Assembly: GCA_964416155.1 (NCBI GenBank)
Contig: CAYQCW010000009.1
Location: 26,495-90,494, forward strand
Direction: 5' to 3'
Length of the DNA stretch: 64,000 nt
Source: an uncultured Nitrososphaerota archaeon
GTDB lineage: Archaea > Thermoproteota > EX4484-205 > JAAOZP01
The notes under the pieces: model-generated
Database searches by the model: none
The model's input: the letters and a program-made list of their open reading frames with translations, nothing else
Told to the model about the DNA's origin: nothing
Position numbers and translations under genes: made by a program
In this document: positions 9,435 through 18,621 of the stretch, in pieces
Position numbering within the stretch: the stretch's first letter is position 1
Layout: the number at the start of each line of letters is the position of its first letter

Positions 9435-9674
9435 TTAGGGTTGCGATTCGGAGCCTAAAGCATGCTCTATCATCATCTTCTCATAAAGCCTTTTCTTTGA
9501 ATCTAGTCTTTCTAGTCTTCTCAACTCCCGCATTCTAGCTCGTTCTTTTTCTGGAACGAGTCTAAGCATGTCTTCAGATTCATGCAAATCAATTATACAG
9601 CCCCTTACCGCTTCACGAATGGTCCTTTCTATATCTTCTCTCGAAAACTCCTTGTCTATTAATTCCTTTATCAA
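9435..9674 (-). CDS. Hypothetical protein, putative winged-helix repeat 2 (likely a fragment of the upstream gene)
   Basis: LSGGELIKELIDKEFSREDIERTIREAVRGCIIDL...LRLVPEKERAR parallels the pattern of the upstream ORF. Confidence 0.45.
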   Translation of the reverse strand: MIKELIDKEFSREDIERTIREAVRGCIIDLHESEDMLRLVPEKERARMRELRRLERLDSKKRLYEKMMIEHALGSESQP

Positions 9675-9706
9675 CTCCCCTCCACTAAGTCATTTCACAT
9701 TTCTCT

Positions 9707-10048
9707 TTATAGTATGTCTTCAATCGCCTTTTCCAATCGTTCCGTCTTGTTAATCTCTCCCTCTCTTTTTACCTCCGGGATCCAGTAATATGATCGTGCT
9801 TTACTATTATAATGTAACAGTTTCTTTCTCTCGGCTTCATAGATTATGTCTTCCGCATCATCACGATCTATGTCCATCTCCTTCAGCCTACCGAGCAATC
9901 CTCTACGTGTCATTGCCTTTACCTGTCCATCCTTAAATATCGAATTGATCAAAGAAGGAGCTAACCCTATGACCTCCCTCCGTTTCTTCATGACTTTCTC
10001 CTCATCTAGGTTATCAGGATGCTTGAACTTCTTTCTAATCATATTCAT
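9707..10048 (-). CDS. Hypothetical protein, putative winged-helix repeat 1
   Basis: MTRRGLLGRLKEMDIDRDDAEDIIYEAERKKLLHY...YYWIPE has a helix-helix-helix-wing pattern. TATA-like TTTATG about 30 nt upstream. Confidence 0.55.
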   Translation of the reverse strand: MNMIRKKFKHPDNLDEEKVMKKRREVIGLAPSLINSIFKDGQVKAMTRRGLLGRLKEMDIDRDDAEDIIYEAERKKLLHYNSKARSYYWIPEVKREGEINKTERLEKAIEDIL

Positions 10049-10143
10049 GATTAGCCTATTTCCTCTTATCGCATAAAGTTTTTAAACACACTGTCGCAAC
10101 AAGAACTCTCGATGAATACTGGTTTCCAAGAGGAACGCAAACT

Positions 10144-10175
10144 AAGGGGTGTTGTCGTCGGGGGGTAGGAGATAG
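10144..10175 (+). repeat. Right copy of the direct repeat (displaced tldD 3' end; attR-like), abutting the tldE ATG
   Basis: AAG[G]GGT GTT GTC GTC GGG[G]GGT AGG AGA TAG followed directly by ATG. Reads KGVVVGGRR* once two extra G's are removed. Confidence 0.75.
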
Positions 10176-11510
10176 ATGGATGCACTCGACCGGTGTGTTA
10201 AAGGGGTGAGGCTTGCTGAGAGGCTTGGCGCCAGCCAGGCTGAAATAGTCGCCTCAGTAGGAAGGTCTCTCAGCCTAACGGTGGAGAGGGGTTCTGTTAA
10301 AAGTGTTGACGAGGGTTCTTCCTCCTCCTTCGGCGTTAGGGTTTACATAGGTAAGTCGATCGGCATTTCAACCTCTACGCTGCTCGATGAGGATAGGGTT
10401 GAGAAGGCTGTGAAGAGGGCAATAGCCTTGGCTAGAGGCACACCGCCGGATGATGCTTTTGTCTCCCTTCCTGGGGAAGGGAAGCCGGTGGAGGTCCAGG
10501 GGCTTTATGACGACGCTATAGCGGCGCTGACTTCAGAGGAGCTTGTGTCGAAAGTTTTAAACGGGGTGCGGGCATTGAAGAGTGTTGATGAGACGCTTGA
10601 CGCATCTGGCCGGGCCGGTCTAGACGTTTCTGAAGGCTTTATCGTGAATTCGCTGGGGGTTGAAAGGACACAGAGGTCTTCAAGGCTTTTCTTCGGCATT
10701 GAGGCGCTTAAGAAGGGGGATAATGGTGAAATCGGAACCGGGTACGATTATTTTCTAACCAGGTCCGTAGGAGACCTAAGGTTTGAAGGGGCCGGGGAGA
10801 ATGCTGCGACGAAGGCTGTTAAAAGCTTTGGCGGTAAAAGAGTTGAGAGCGGCGAGTATGCTCTGATTCTCGACGAGAGGACAACGCTTGGAACGCTGGA
10901 ACGCATTATCGGCTATGGTGCGAACGCGTTCTACGTTCTTCAAAAATCCTCGTATTACTCTGGAAAACTAGGGTTAAGGGTTGCGAGTGAAAAACTGAGT
11001 GTCCTCGATGATCCTCTCTATCCTTCCGGCTGGGCTTCCTCGCCTTTCGACGACGAGGGCTACCCCTGCAGCAGGGTCAGAATCGTTGAGAAAGGATTAC
11101 TGGTGAACTATATTACTGATTCCTACACGGCTAACGCTCTGAATATTGAGAACAATGGGCATGCGGCTAGGCCGGGTTTAGCCGAGAGACCTATACCGGG
11201 CTTAACCAATTTTCAGATAGCCCCTGGAGATTATGAGGATGATGAGCTTTTTAAAGACGTGAAGCAGGGAATATATGTTTACGACAGCTCACTCGGCCCA
11301 GTGGGCGGGTCAACAAACGTCTCAAGCCTCATCGACCACGGGTTCCTTGTCGAAAACGGGGAGGTGAAGCACCCTGTGAAGAACACTATGGTTGGAAGCA
11401 CTGTTTTCGAAATGCTTCAATCAATAGACGCTGTCAGCAGGATGACGAGGAACGAGGCGGGGAGGATCGCACCGAAAATAAGGATAAGAAACGTGAGGGT
11501 GAGCGGTTAG
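10176..11510 (+). CDS. pmbA: TldE/PmbA subunit
   Basis: GVRVY.G..IG, LDDP, PFDDEGYP, GHAAR, GFLVENGEV..PV. Lacks HExxH, as expected for TldE. Confidence 0.92.
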   Translation: MDALDRCVKGVRLAERLGASQAEIVASVGRSLSLTVERGSVKSVDEGSSSSFGVRVYIGKSIGISTSTLLDEDRVEKAVKRAIALARGTPPDDAFVSLPGEGKPVEVQGLYDDAIAALTSEELVSKVLNGVRALKSVDETLDASGRAGLDVSEGFIVNSLGVERTQRSSRLFFGIEALKKGDNGEIGTGYDYFLTRSVGDLRFEGAGENAATKAVKSFGGKRVESGEYALILDERTTLGTLERIIGYGANAFYVLQKSSYYSGKLGLRVASEKLSVLDDPLYPSGWASSPFDDEGYPCSRVRIVEKGLLVNYITDSYTANALNIENNGHAARPGLAERPIPGLTNFQIAPGDYEDDELFKDVKQGIYVYDSSLGPVGGSTNVSSLIDHGFLVENGEVKHPVKNTMVGSTVFEMLQSIDAVSRMTRNEAGRIAPKIRIRNVRVSG

Positions 11511-11631
11511 GATTCTAAAAGTGGCCGAATGAAATTGGAAAAAGTCAGGAAGACCCTGTATCCTTAAGTAGCCCCACGATTTCGAACAGATTCTGAGCGC
11601 CCTGTGCCAGTTTGTTTGCACGCCTCGCTGC

Positions 11632-12045
11632 TCAAAAAGCACTGTCGGTGCTAAGCCAGATTCTCTTAACCTCTTTAACCTTGTCAAAGTCTTCGTCTTC
11701 AGACACTATGCTACTTGCCCCAGTCTTCTCCATCGTGGCTAAGTGTACGGCGTCGGAGGGCTTCAGATTATAGTTTACGAGATACTTCTCTATTGGCTTA
11801 AAGTCCTCCTCGTCGATGGGCACCACTCCCGTGTAAGGCAGTATGATGCTTTTTAGGAAGTCCAACGTAACGTCGTAGGCGACTCCATACTTTCTAGACA
11901 CGTAAAGTAATTCATCCACAACCAGCATGTTAATGAAAAGCTGCTCACTCAGCAGTTTCTTGAAAAGCTCTTCCAAAAGCTTTCTATTCTCACTGGTCAT
12001 GGTGTTCAGGTATATCAGAAAGCAGGAGTCTAGGAAAACCTTCAA
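11632..12045 (-). CDS. vapC: VapC PIN-domain toxin
   Basis: VFLDSCFLI, VVDELLY, LKPSDAVHLAT, IVSEDEDFD. Confidence 0.92.
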   Translation of the reverse strand: MKVFLDSCFLIYLNTMTSENRKLLEELFKKLLSEQLFINMLVVDELLYVSRKYGVAYDVTLDFLKSIILPYTGVVPIDEEDFKPIEKYLVNYNLKPSDAVHLATMEKTGASSIVSEDEDFDKVKEVKRIWLSTDSAF

Positions 12046-12314
12046 CCTGTCTTCTCCTCGAACTCTATTTCGAGATAGATTTTTCTAAGGTCTCCCAACC
12101 TTGGACCAGAGACACCAAGTCTCTTAATCTTCTCCAAATGCTTCCAGAGTCTACTCATCACCTCTTCTGGAGAAGGTCTCCCCCTTATGAGAACCCCCTC
12201 CTCAGTGGGTTCAATCATAACCTGTACCCCCTCCTTTATCCCATACCTGTCCCTAAGTATCTTTGGAATAAGTATCTGGCCCTTCTCCCCTACCTTCACC
12301 CTAAGTTCAACCAT
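12042..12314 (-). CDS. vapB: AbrB/MazE/SpoVT-family antitoxin
   Basis: VKVGEKGQILIPKILRDRYGIKEG; 4-nt overlap with vapC. Confidence 0.92.
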   Translation of the reverse strand: MVELRVKVGEKGQILIPKILRDRYGIKEGVQVMIEPTEEGVLIRGRPSPEEVMSRLWKHLEKIKRLGVSGPRLGDLRKIYLEIEFEEKTG

Positions 12315-12452
12315 AGTTGCCGAAAGTTATACTCTAGTTGGAACAATTTAAACTTTTACAACGTATGTTCACAGCATCAACACTCGCCAAGTATGTGATA
12401 TCTCCCCTCTCGTCATCAGCATTCAGGAATGCCTCGCCAGCAACCATGTTTA

Positions 12453-12823
12453 CTAGCAACCATGCTCATCCAGCAGGCTCCTAATCCTCTCGGTCTGCTC
12501 CTTAGTCCTCCTGTCAAGCCATATTATGCTATTAGAGTACTTCCCGTTGGCTCCGACCGGCACCACCGCCTCCCGCTGAGAGTCTATGGCTAAGCCGACT
12601 ATCCGGCTGCCCTCTACCCTCCTTTCGCGAGACTCTCCCTTATGGTCTCGACGACTGCTCCACCATTCAAGCGGGTTCTGCTCCACCCACTTGGCTGGGG
12701 CTGAATAACCGGGTATTCCCTATAGGCTGATGCAACCCTCCTTCCGTCTAAGGTGAAGACGACCGTCTTACAGACTGAGGTTCCAAGGTCGACGCCGAGG
12801 ATGAATGGGGCTCCAGCGTCCAC
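12453..12823 (-). pseudogene. FGGY carbohydrate kinase (xylulokinase-like) N-terminal relic
   Basis: ILGVDLGTSVCKT...YPVIQPQPSG/VEQNPLEWW/...DSQREAVV...IIWLDRRT split over frames and truncated after ~120 aa. Confidence 0.85.
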
Positions 12824-12974
12824 ACGAGTCTACTATCCTGCTCAAATTTATGTCTTAATCCTCTGGTGTCTAGAGATTGGTTGCGGAAGCCCGCGAAGCT
12901 TGTTAAGGGGCCCCTGGCACGAGTTTTTTCTAAACGGCTTCGAACAGGCTGTTTTCATCCTCAGGCGCGTATGC

Positions 12975-15900
12975 TTAAATCATACCCATTATACGCTTCT
13001 TTTCCTTAACCCAGAGCATCAGAATCCAGTGGACATAGTCCACCGTCCTGTCTATCATGTTCTCCGGAATCCCGGGGGCGGTTGGCTCAGTGACAAGTGT
13101 AACCCTGTAGTAGTCTTCGCCGGGAGTCTTAGTTAAGACTAGGCTGTTCTTCGTCCCATTCTTTCTCTCCATTGGCCCAAAATAATAATTGAACTTTATT
13201 TTTTTCGTTATAGTTCCTTTAGAATCCACCTTTTCCGGAATATCCTCAACGTTTTCAATCCTCTCCTTATAGCCTGTTCTCAACTGGTTTAAGTGGTCGA
13301 TAAGGAAACCCATGAAGAAATCCTTCTCGCTAGCAAGTATTTTCACAGGCATACTGACGCTTCTAGCTTGGTAAACCTTGAATATTTTCTCCTTCCGCTC
13401 CTTCCGCTGCTCCTCGGTTCTTCTAACCCTCTTCACCATGGAAGGCGTGTACGTGCGGATAGCTAGGGCGGCGGGCCTTGCAGCCGAGAATACTGAGACG
13501 GCTATTGCGAAGATGAATCCAAGTGCACTCCACCACCATTCCAGTTTTTCCCTAACCATGAGGTTTTCTAAAATGTTCTGCCCTATGAAAACCATGGTTC
13601 TGTAGAAGCCTAGTCCGGTTAAGTATCCGATGCTTCCACCAACCATCCCCATTATGATTGCTTCAGCTACGAACATTAACCCTATGTGCGTCGGGTTTAA
13701 CCCCAGCGTTGAAAGAATCTTTATTTCTCTCTCACGCTCATAGACACTGTTAACCATAACCATGCCTATGCTTAAGACGACTATCACCAGTGGAATCAGA
13801 AGCTCCGCAGCTCCTCCGAACTCTATGTATGAACCAATATAGTAGTAGTTTACAACGCCTTTAGACGATGCGAAAGCATCGTAGTTGAAAAAGAAAATTA
13901 TGCTTCTAACAACGGCTTCCACGTCTTCCAAATCCCTCAGCCTGAAAAGGATCTCGGAGGGGACGACGAGCTGTGGAGCATTTGCACCGTAAAGCCTGTT
14001 AATCTTCTCCTGAATCCTCTTCGCGGTCTCAATATTAATAACTATTATCTCGGAACCGTTGCACCTTCTTACTGAACCGTCTTGAAGTAGGCGTGCAGGG
14101 CCAAGAGGGCTGCCGTCAACATCCGTGAGACCTCCGTATTCTTCGTCTCTAATGAAACCCTTGACCACAATTGTTTCTGTTATCGTTGTACCCGGTATTT
14201 CTAACGTAATGTTGCTTCCTATCTTCAAGCCTAGTCTGGTTAAAGTTCCAAACCCTAAGAGTGCTTCGCCATAAGTTTTGTCGCTTAAATAACTGCCTTC
14301 AACCGCCTCGTCGAGCAACGTGTAGACGGATTCATTTTCAGGTGATATGGCGAGTACACCGTAAATGGGATGACTGCTGCCGGTGGCAGGGTTTATGAGT
14401 CTGGCAATAGGGTCATACCGTGGAACGTTTTTCATCCTTAGCGCGACGTTAATCGCAGGGACTATCTTCAAGAGGACTTCTGCATCCCCTGGTCCTAAGG
14501 GGGAGAAGATGAAGGATGAGCCGTTAACCGTTCGTTTTATGAGGAACCCGTCTGAAGAAGGGGTTCCGTCTATTCTTCTAGAGATTATTCCGAAGGCTGT
14601 TCCGAAAGTGGTGAGTGCAGTGAATGCTAAAATAAGCATGCATATTGAAAATATTGTGAAAAAGCCGCGTATCTTCTTGCGTTTTATCTGACGTTTGCTC
14701 ATTGAGAATATTACCGAGATCGCGCTTCTCCATTGAACCTCCCCTTCAATAGTTCTTTCTTTCCAGATGCGTGGAATGCCGAAAACGATAATAGAAGTTA
14801 TAGTGAAGGAAACAGCAGCCGTCAACGAGAAAAGAGAAAGGTTTTCATTGACTACCACGTGAGTGCCTGGGTTTATGAAATACATGATTCCCATTAATGC
14901 TACGTAGATGATGGGTAGTGAAAGAACCTTTTTCCTAGATTTTTCGAAGAAGAAAAATGCGAGCACAGTGCTGAACACTACGATAACTGCTGAAAGGTAA
15001 ATCGCGTTAGTCTTTCCAACCAAATACTTATTTTCTATCGTCATAGCTACAAAATTTATTTCTCCAAGTATTTCGCGGAGCGTGAACCATGTTTTTTCAA
15101 AGTCTTCTTCCGTTTGTGCGTTTGACAGCAGGACGTTGGCTTCTATTAGCTTCTGGTTCGCATGCTGCAGTATACGCCTCTCTTCGAAAACTGTGAACCC
15201 GATTTCCTGGGCCTCGTCAACTATCGAGGAAACTCTTACAAGTGCTGATTTCACATACTCCAAACCCCTCCTAAGGCTATACTCTGATATTTTAACAGAC
15301 GCGTAACCTCTCTGAGGCATTACGAAGGGTCGAGTCCCATTCATAATGTAGAAAACCTCTGATACTCGCTCACGCTCTCTTAGTACGAGCGAAATGCTGA
15401 CCTCTATGTCGAAAGGAGCCTCGGATGGAACCGGAATCATTTTCCTGTCTAGTCCTAGATAGAAAACGTCTATTGCATCACCGTACTCAGTGATTAATGA
15501 GAAATTAAAATCCTTCTGTTTCACTATGACCCTGATTATCATGTTGCCCTCCAGAAGGCTTGATGCTTGAACGATATATGGGACGCTTTCTAATTCAACT
15601 AGTGCACCGGGGACAAGTGAGAGGTTCACATTAATACTTCCGGTTTCTCCGATGCGAATCTCTTTTTTGACAGGGGCGAAATCCATCCTCTTTTCTTTAA
15701 GGTTTCCCTTATAGGCGTAAACCCAATAGATTCTACCGGGTTTTAACAGTTCCTCAGGAAAATCGTACTCTCCATTTGCGTTCGTAAAGTAAATGCCACG
15801 CCCCACTTCAGGCTTTCTGGGTTCCCTTAAGTCTAGAATTATTAAAGTAGCGTTCGGAATTGCTTCGCCAGTTAAAGCATTCAAAACTTTTACGTGCATT

Positions 15901-16070
15901 GAGACCGTGGGGGAGGCTGCGGCATCGATCACCGAGCCTGTTGGAAAGGAGGTCTTGCCCGCATTTAGAGTATGCTGTTTCGTAAGACTGGTTTCAAGAG
16001 GCGGTGTAAGGAAGGCTAGCGCCAATAGTAGAATAACCAAAATCTTTTTACAGTTTACCCGATGTCTCAT
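12975..16070 (-). CDS. Large FtsX/MacB-like ABC permease with extended extracellular N-terminal region
   Basis: Signal peptide, Ig/carboxypeptidase-regulatory-like N-domain, SVYEREREIKILSTLGLNP...FVAEA FtsX motif, multiple TMs, cytoplasmic C-domain. Confidence 0.85.
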   Translation of the reverse strand: MRHRVNCKKILVILLLALAFLTPPLETSLTKQHTLNAGKTSFPTGSVIDAAASPTVSMHVKVLNALTGEAIPNATLIILDLREPRKPEVGRGIYFTNANGEYDFPEELLKPGRIYWVYAYKGNLKEKRMDFAPVKKEIRIGETGSINVNLSLVPGALVELESVPYIVQASSLLEGNMIIRVIVKQKDFNFSLITEYGDAIDVFYLGLDRKMIPVPSEAPFDIEVSISLVLRERERVSEVFYIMNGTRPFVMPQRGYASVKISEYSLRRGLEYVKSALVRVSSIVDEAQEIGFTVFEERRILQHANQKLIEANVLLSNAQTEEDFEKTWFTLREILGEINFVAMTIENKYLVGKTNAIYLSAVIVVFSTVLAFFFFEKSRKKVLSLPIIYVALMGIMYFINPGTHVVVNENLSLFSLTAAVSFTITSIIVFGIPRIWKERTIEGEVQWRSAISVIFSMSKRQIKRKKIRGFFTIFSICMLILAFTALTTFGTAFGIISRRIDGTPSSDGFLIKRTVNGSSFIFSPLGPGDAEVLLKIVPAINVALRMKNVPRYDPIARLINPATGSSHPIYGVLAISPENESVYTLLDEAVEGSYLSDKTYGEALLGFGTLTRLGLKIGSNITLEIPGTTITETIVVKGFIRDEEYGGLTDVDGSPLGPARLLQDGSVRRCNGSEIIVINIETAKRIQEKINRLYGANAPQLVVPSEILFRLRDLEDVEAVVRSIIFFFNYDAFASSKGVVNYYYIGSYIEFGGAAELLIPLVIVVLSIGMVMVNSVYEREREIKILSTLGLNPTHIGLMFVAEAIIMGMVGGSIGYLTGLGFYRTMVFIGQNILENLMVREKLEWWWSALGFIFAIAVSVFSAARPAALAIRTYTPSMVKRVRRTEEQRKERKEKIFKVYQARSVSMPVKILASEKDFFMGFLIDHLNQLRTGYKERIENVEDIPEKVDSKGTITKKIKFNYYFGPMERKNGTKNSLVLTKTPGEDYYRVTLVTEPTAPGIPENMIDRTVDYVHWILMLWVKEKKRIMGMI

Positions 16071-16443
16071 GCTGCTGAGAGTTAACGGAAAACCTTGTTA
16101 TAAATGTTGTTGAAAAACTCCAGCGTCTATTTACCTGTCGAAAGCACGCGTATCAGACAACTCTAAGAACAGGTAAAAAGCCATTGAGGACTTGTTTCGC
16201 GAAAACTTTACGTAAAACACCGTATTCTCCTGCAGTACCCAGAAATACTGTCCAAGCGACTTAAACTTTTCACCCAAATAGGCTTTAAATCGTTGCAAGG
16301 CTATCAGGACTAAAGACCCATTTTGGCTTAAAACGATTAATGTTCCAAGCCCCTGTTCACAATGGCACCGAGGTTTCGACAGGTGTTGAAGCGGCTAGAA
16401 TCTGTGCAACCTTCTAAAGTGTTTTAAAAAGCCGTAAACCTCA

Positions 16444-16465
16444 GGAATGTTTCTAGAGGCATTCC
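16444..16465. promoter_or_regulatory. 22-bp imperfect palindrome just upstream of the BRE/TATA of the deacetylase gene
   Basis: GGAATGTTTC-TA-GAGGCATTCC, followed by AAGTTTTTAAAG (16471-16482) and ATG 16504. Confidence 0.3.
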
Positions 16466-16503
16466 GGATTAAGTTTTTAAAGCATGTTTGAAGATTTTTA
16501 ACG

Positions 16504-17256
16504 ATGAGGTTTAGTTGGCCGGATGGCTTTAAAGGGGCTGTTTCGCTGACTTTCGACGATGGTTTGCCTTCGCAACTGGATCTGGGTGTACCCCTCCTAG
16601 AGGAGTTCGGCTTTAAGGCAACTTTCTATGTAAATCCTAGGGACAACTATGAGAATATTTTAAAAAAATGGAGGGGGGTTGCTGACTTTGGTCACGAAAT
16701 AGGTAACCACAGTGTTACACATCCCTGTTCCTGCAACTTTTCAGGAGACCCTTGTTGCAGAGGACTGGAGAACATGACGCTAGAGGATATTCGCCTAGAC
16801 ATAGTTGAGGCTCATGAAAGGATAAGACGGTTCATACCCGATGGTAGCCGGACATTCGCATACCCGTGTTACCAAACCAGTGTCGGCAGAGGCTTGAATA
16901 AGAGGAGCTACGTGCCGATCGTGGCTGAAGTCTTCCTGGCTGCTAGGGCTTCCGGCGAGAAGGGCTATTCTAATTCGCCGCTTGCCTGCGACCTGCACGA
17001 GTTATGGTCATGGTCTGCTGACCGAATGAGGTGTGAAGAGATGATGGGCTTAACCGTTAAGACTGTCTACGAGGGTAGGTGGGCCATATTCACTTTTCAC
17101 GGTATTGACGAGGGACACTTGCCTGTTTCAAGCGAAGACCTCTCGGGTTTTTTAAGATTCCTATATAAGCATCGTGACGAGATATGGATCGCTCCCGTGG
17201 TGGAGGTGGCTGAGCACATAGTTAGTGAAAGAAAAAGGCTGGAACTGGTTTTCTAA
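16504..17256 (+). CDS. Polysaccharide deacetylase (CE4/NodB-like)
   Basis: SLTFDDG, ATFYV, HEIGNHSVTHP, FAYP, FTFHG. Confidence 0.92.
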   Translation: MRFSWPDGFKGAVSLTFDDGLPSQLDLGVPLLEEFGFKATFYVNPRDNYENILKKWRGVADFGHEIGNHSVTHPCSCNFSGDPCCRGLENMTLEDIRLDIVEAHERIRRFIPDGSRTFAYPCYQTSVGRGLNKRSYVPIVAEVFLAARASGEKGYSNSPLACDLHELWSWSADRMRCEEMMGLTVKTVYEGRWAIFTFHGIDEGHLPVSSEDLSGFLRFLYKHRDEIWIAPVVEVAEHIVSERKRLELVF

Positions 17257-17269
17257 ACTATTGTTCTCT

Positions 17270-18487
17270 TTACTTCCAGAAGGACGGCGGAACTGCCTCA
17301 GGCTTCCCTTCTATTTCTAAGACGACCACGGTGTCTATCGGGTCAGGTGCGCGTAACGGTAGTCCACGTATGAACAGGCGGTCTTCCTTCTGCTCAAACC
17401 GAAGCTTTCTTCCGCTTGCCAGCATGCATGTCTTTAAAACCCTGTTCTTAATCCCGGCTATGCACATTTCTCTTCCAGGCCAGAACATAACGTGCACATA
17501 CACCTTGCTACCCTTCATCGTGACTTGACCCAGATGAGGCTGAGGAAAGGGCGCAGCTCCAGCACCATATATGGACTCCCCGTTTCGCCGTAGCCATCTT
17601 CCAACGGTTCTCATCCTAGCCGCCTGCTCCGGTGGAATAGTGCCGTCTGCCTTCGGCCCAACGTTCAGCAGAAAATTCCCGTTTCCTGAGACACACTTAA
17701 CCAGGTTCCTCACAAGCTGCATCGGAGATTTTAGATTCGGGTCGCCAGGATGATAACCCCACCAGAGGTCATCAATGGTCATGCATGCTTCCCAAGGCCT
17801 GTGGGAGCCTTCTATGCGTTGTTCAGGAGTGTCGAAATCCCCGGGTAATCCAGACCTGTTGTTTATTATTATTTCCGGTTGGAGACTGCGAACCATCGCG
17901 TTAAGCTGTTCGGATCCCCATGCGTCCGGGCTGTGAGGCCACCAACCGTCGTACCACAGTATATCTATCTTCCCATAATTAGTCATAAGCTCTCTAACCT
18001 GGGCGTGAACATAGTTCCGAAACTCTTTCCAGCCCTCCGGATTCTTCTCAGGCCCATCCCAATACGCTGGCCAACGCCAATCCAGCAGGGAATAGTAGAA
18101 GCCGATGCGCATGCCAGCTTTACGGCAGGCCTCAACATACTCCGCCACGAAATCCCTTTTCGCAGCTGTTTTAACGGATGTGAAGTCTGAGACACTGCTA
18201 TCCCACAGACAGAAACCGTCGTGATGCCTCGTGGTTAAAACCATGTACTTGGTACCAGCCTGTTTAGCTAGCGCAACCCATTTGTCAGCGTCAAACCTTT
18301 TAGGGTTGAACTTTTGAGCGAGACGCGCGTACTCGTTCTTAGGTATTCGTTCACAGTACATGACCCATTCTCCACGGCTGGGAATGGCGTAGAGCCCCCA
18401 GTGGATGAACATGCCAAACCTTGCTTCAACCCACCAGGACATCCGTTTTTCAATCGCCCCCTTATCTTCCTGACTTAAGCCTGACAT
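17270..18487 (-). CDS. Alpha-L-fucosidase (GH29)
   Basis: ARFGMFIHWGLY, TTRHHDGFCLW, YYSLLDW, ILWYDG, INNR, WEAC, NFLLNVGP. Confidence 0.95.
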   Translation of the reverse strand: MSGLSQEDKGAIEKRMSWWVEARFGMFIHWGLYAIPSRGEWVMYCERIPKNEYARLAQKFNPKRFDADKWVALAKQAGTKYMVLTTRHHDGFCLWDSSVSDFTSVKTAAKRDFVAEYVEACRKAGMRIGFYYSLLDWRWPAYWDGPEKNPEGWKEFRNYVHAQVRELMTNYGKIDILWYDGWWPHSPDAWGSEQLNAMVRSLQPEIIINNRSGLPGDFDTPEQRIEGSHRPWEACMTIDDLWWGYHPGDPNLKSPMQLVRNLVKCVSGNGNFLLNVGPKADGTIPPEQAARMRTVGRWLRRNGESIYGAGAAPFPQPHLGQVTMKGSKVYVHVMFWPGREMCIAGIKNRVLKTCMLASGRKLRFEQKEDRLFIRGLPLRAPDPIDTVVVLEIEGKPEAVPPSFWK

Positions 18488-18621
18488 TTCGACTCTACTA
18501 CTTAATACTATCATTTAAGCCTTTGGCAACAGCGTTGTTTCAAGAACCCCACTACAACTTTTATAGTCATGTGCGTAGAGGAAAAATATTATAGCTTCTC
18601 CTTAAACGAGAATGATAAGAA

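Larger units (their letters stand above)
9118..10143. mobile_element. Remnant of an integrated element or islet between tldD and tldE
   Basis: Bounded by the duplicated tldD 3' end and AT-rich (hand counts 20/60 G+C in lines 9661 and 9781, versus 34/60 in line 8401 and 38/60 in line 10441). Holds opposite-strand orphan ORFs. No integrase left. Confidence 0.6.

Noticed and set aside
16130-16355. About 70 open codons on the minus strand upstream of the FtsX gene
   Set aside because: No good start and no motif; could be chance.
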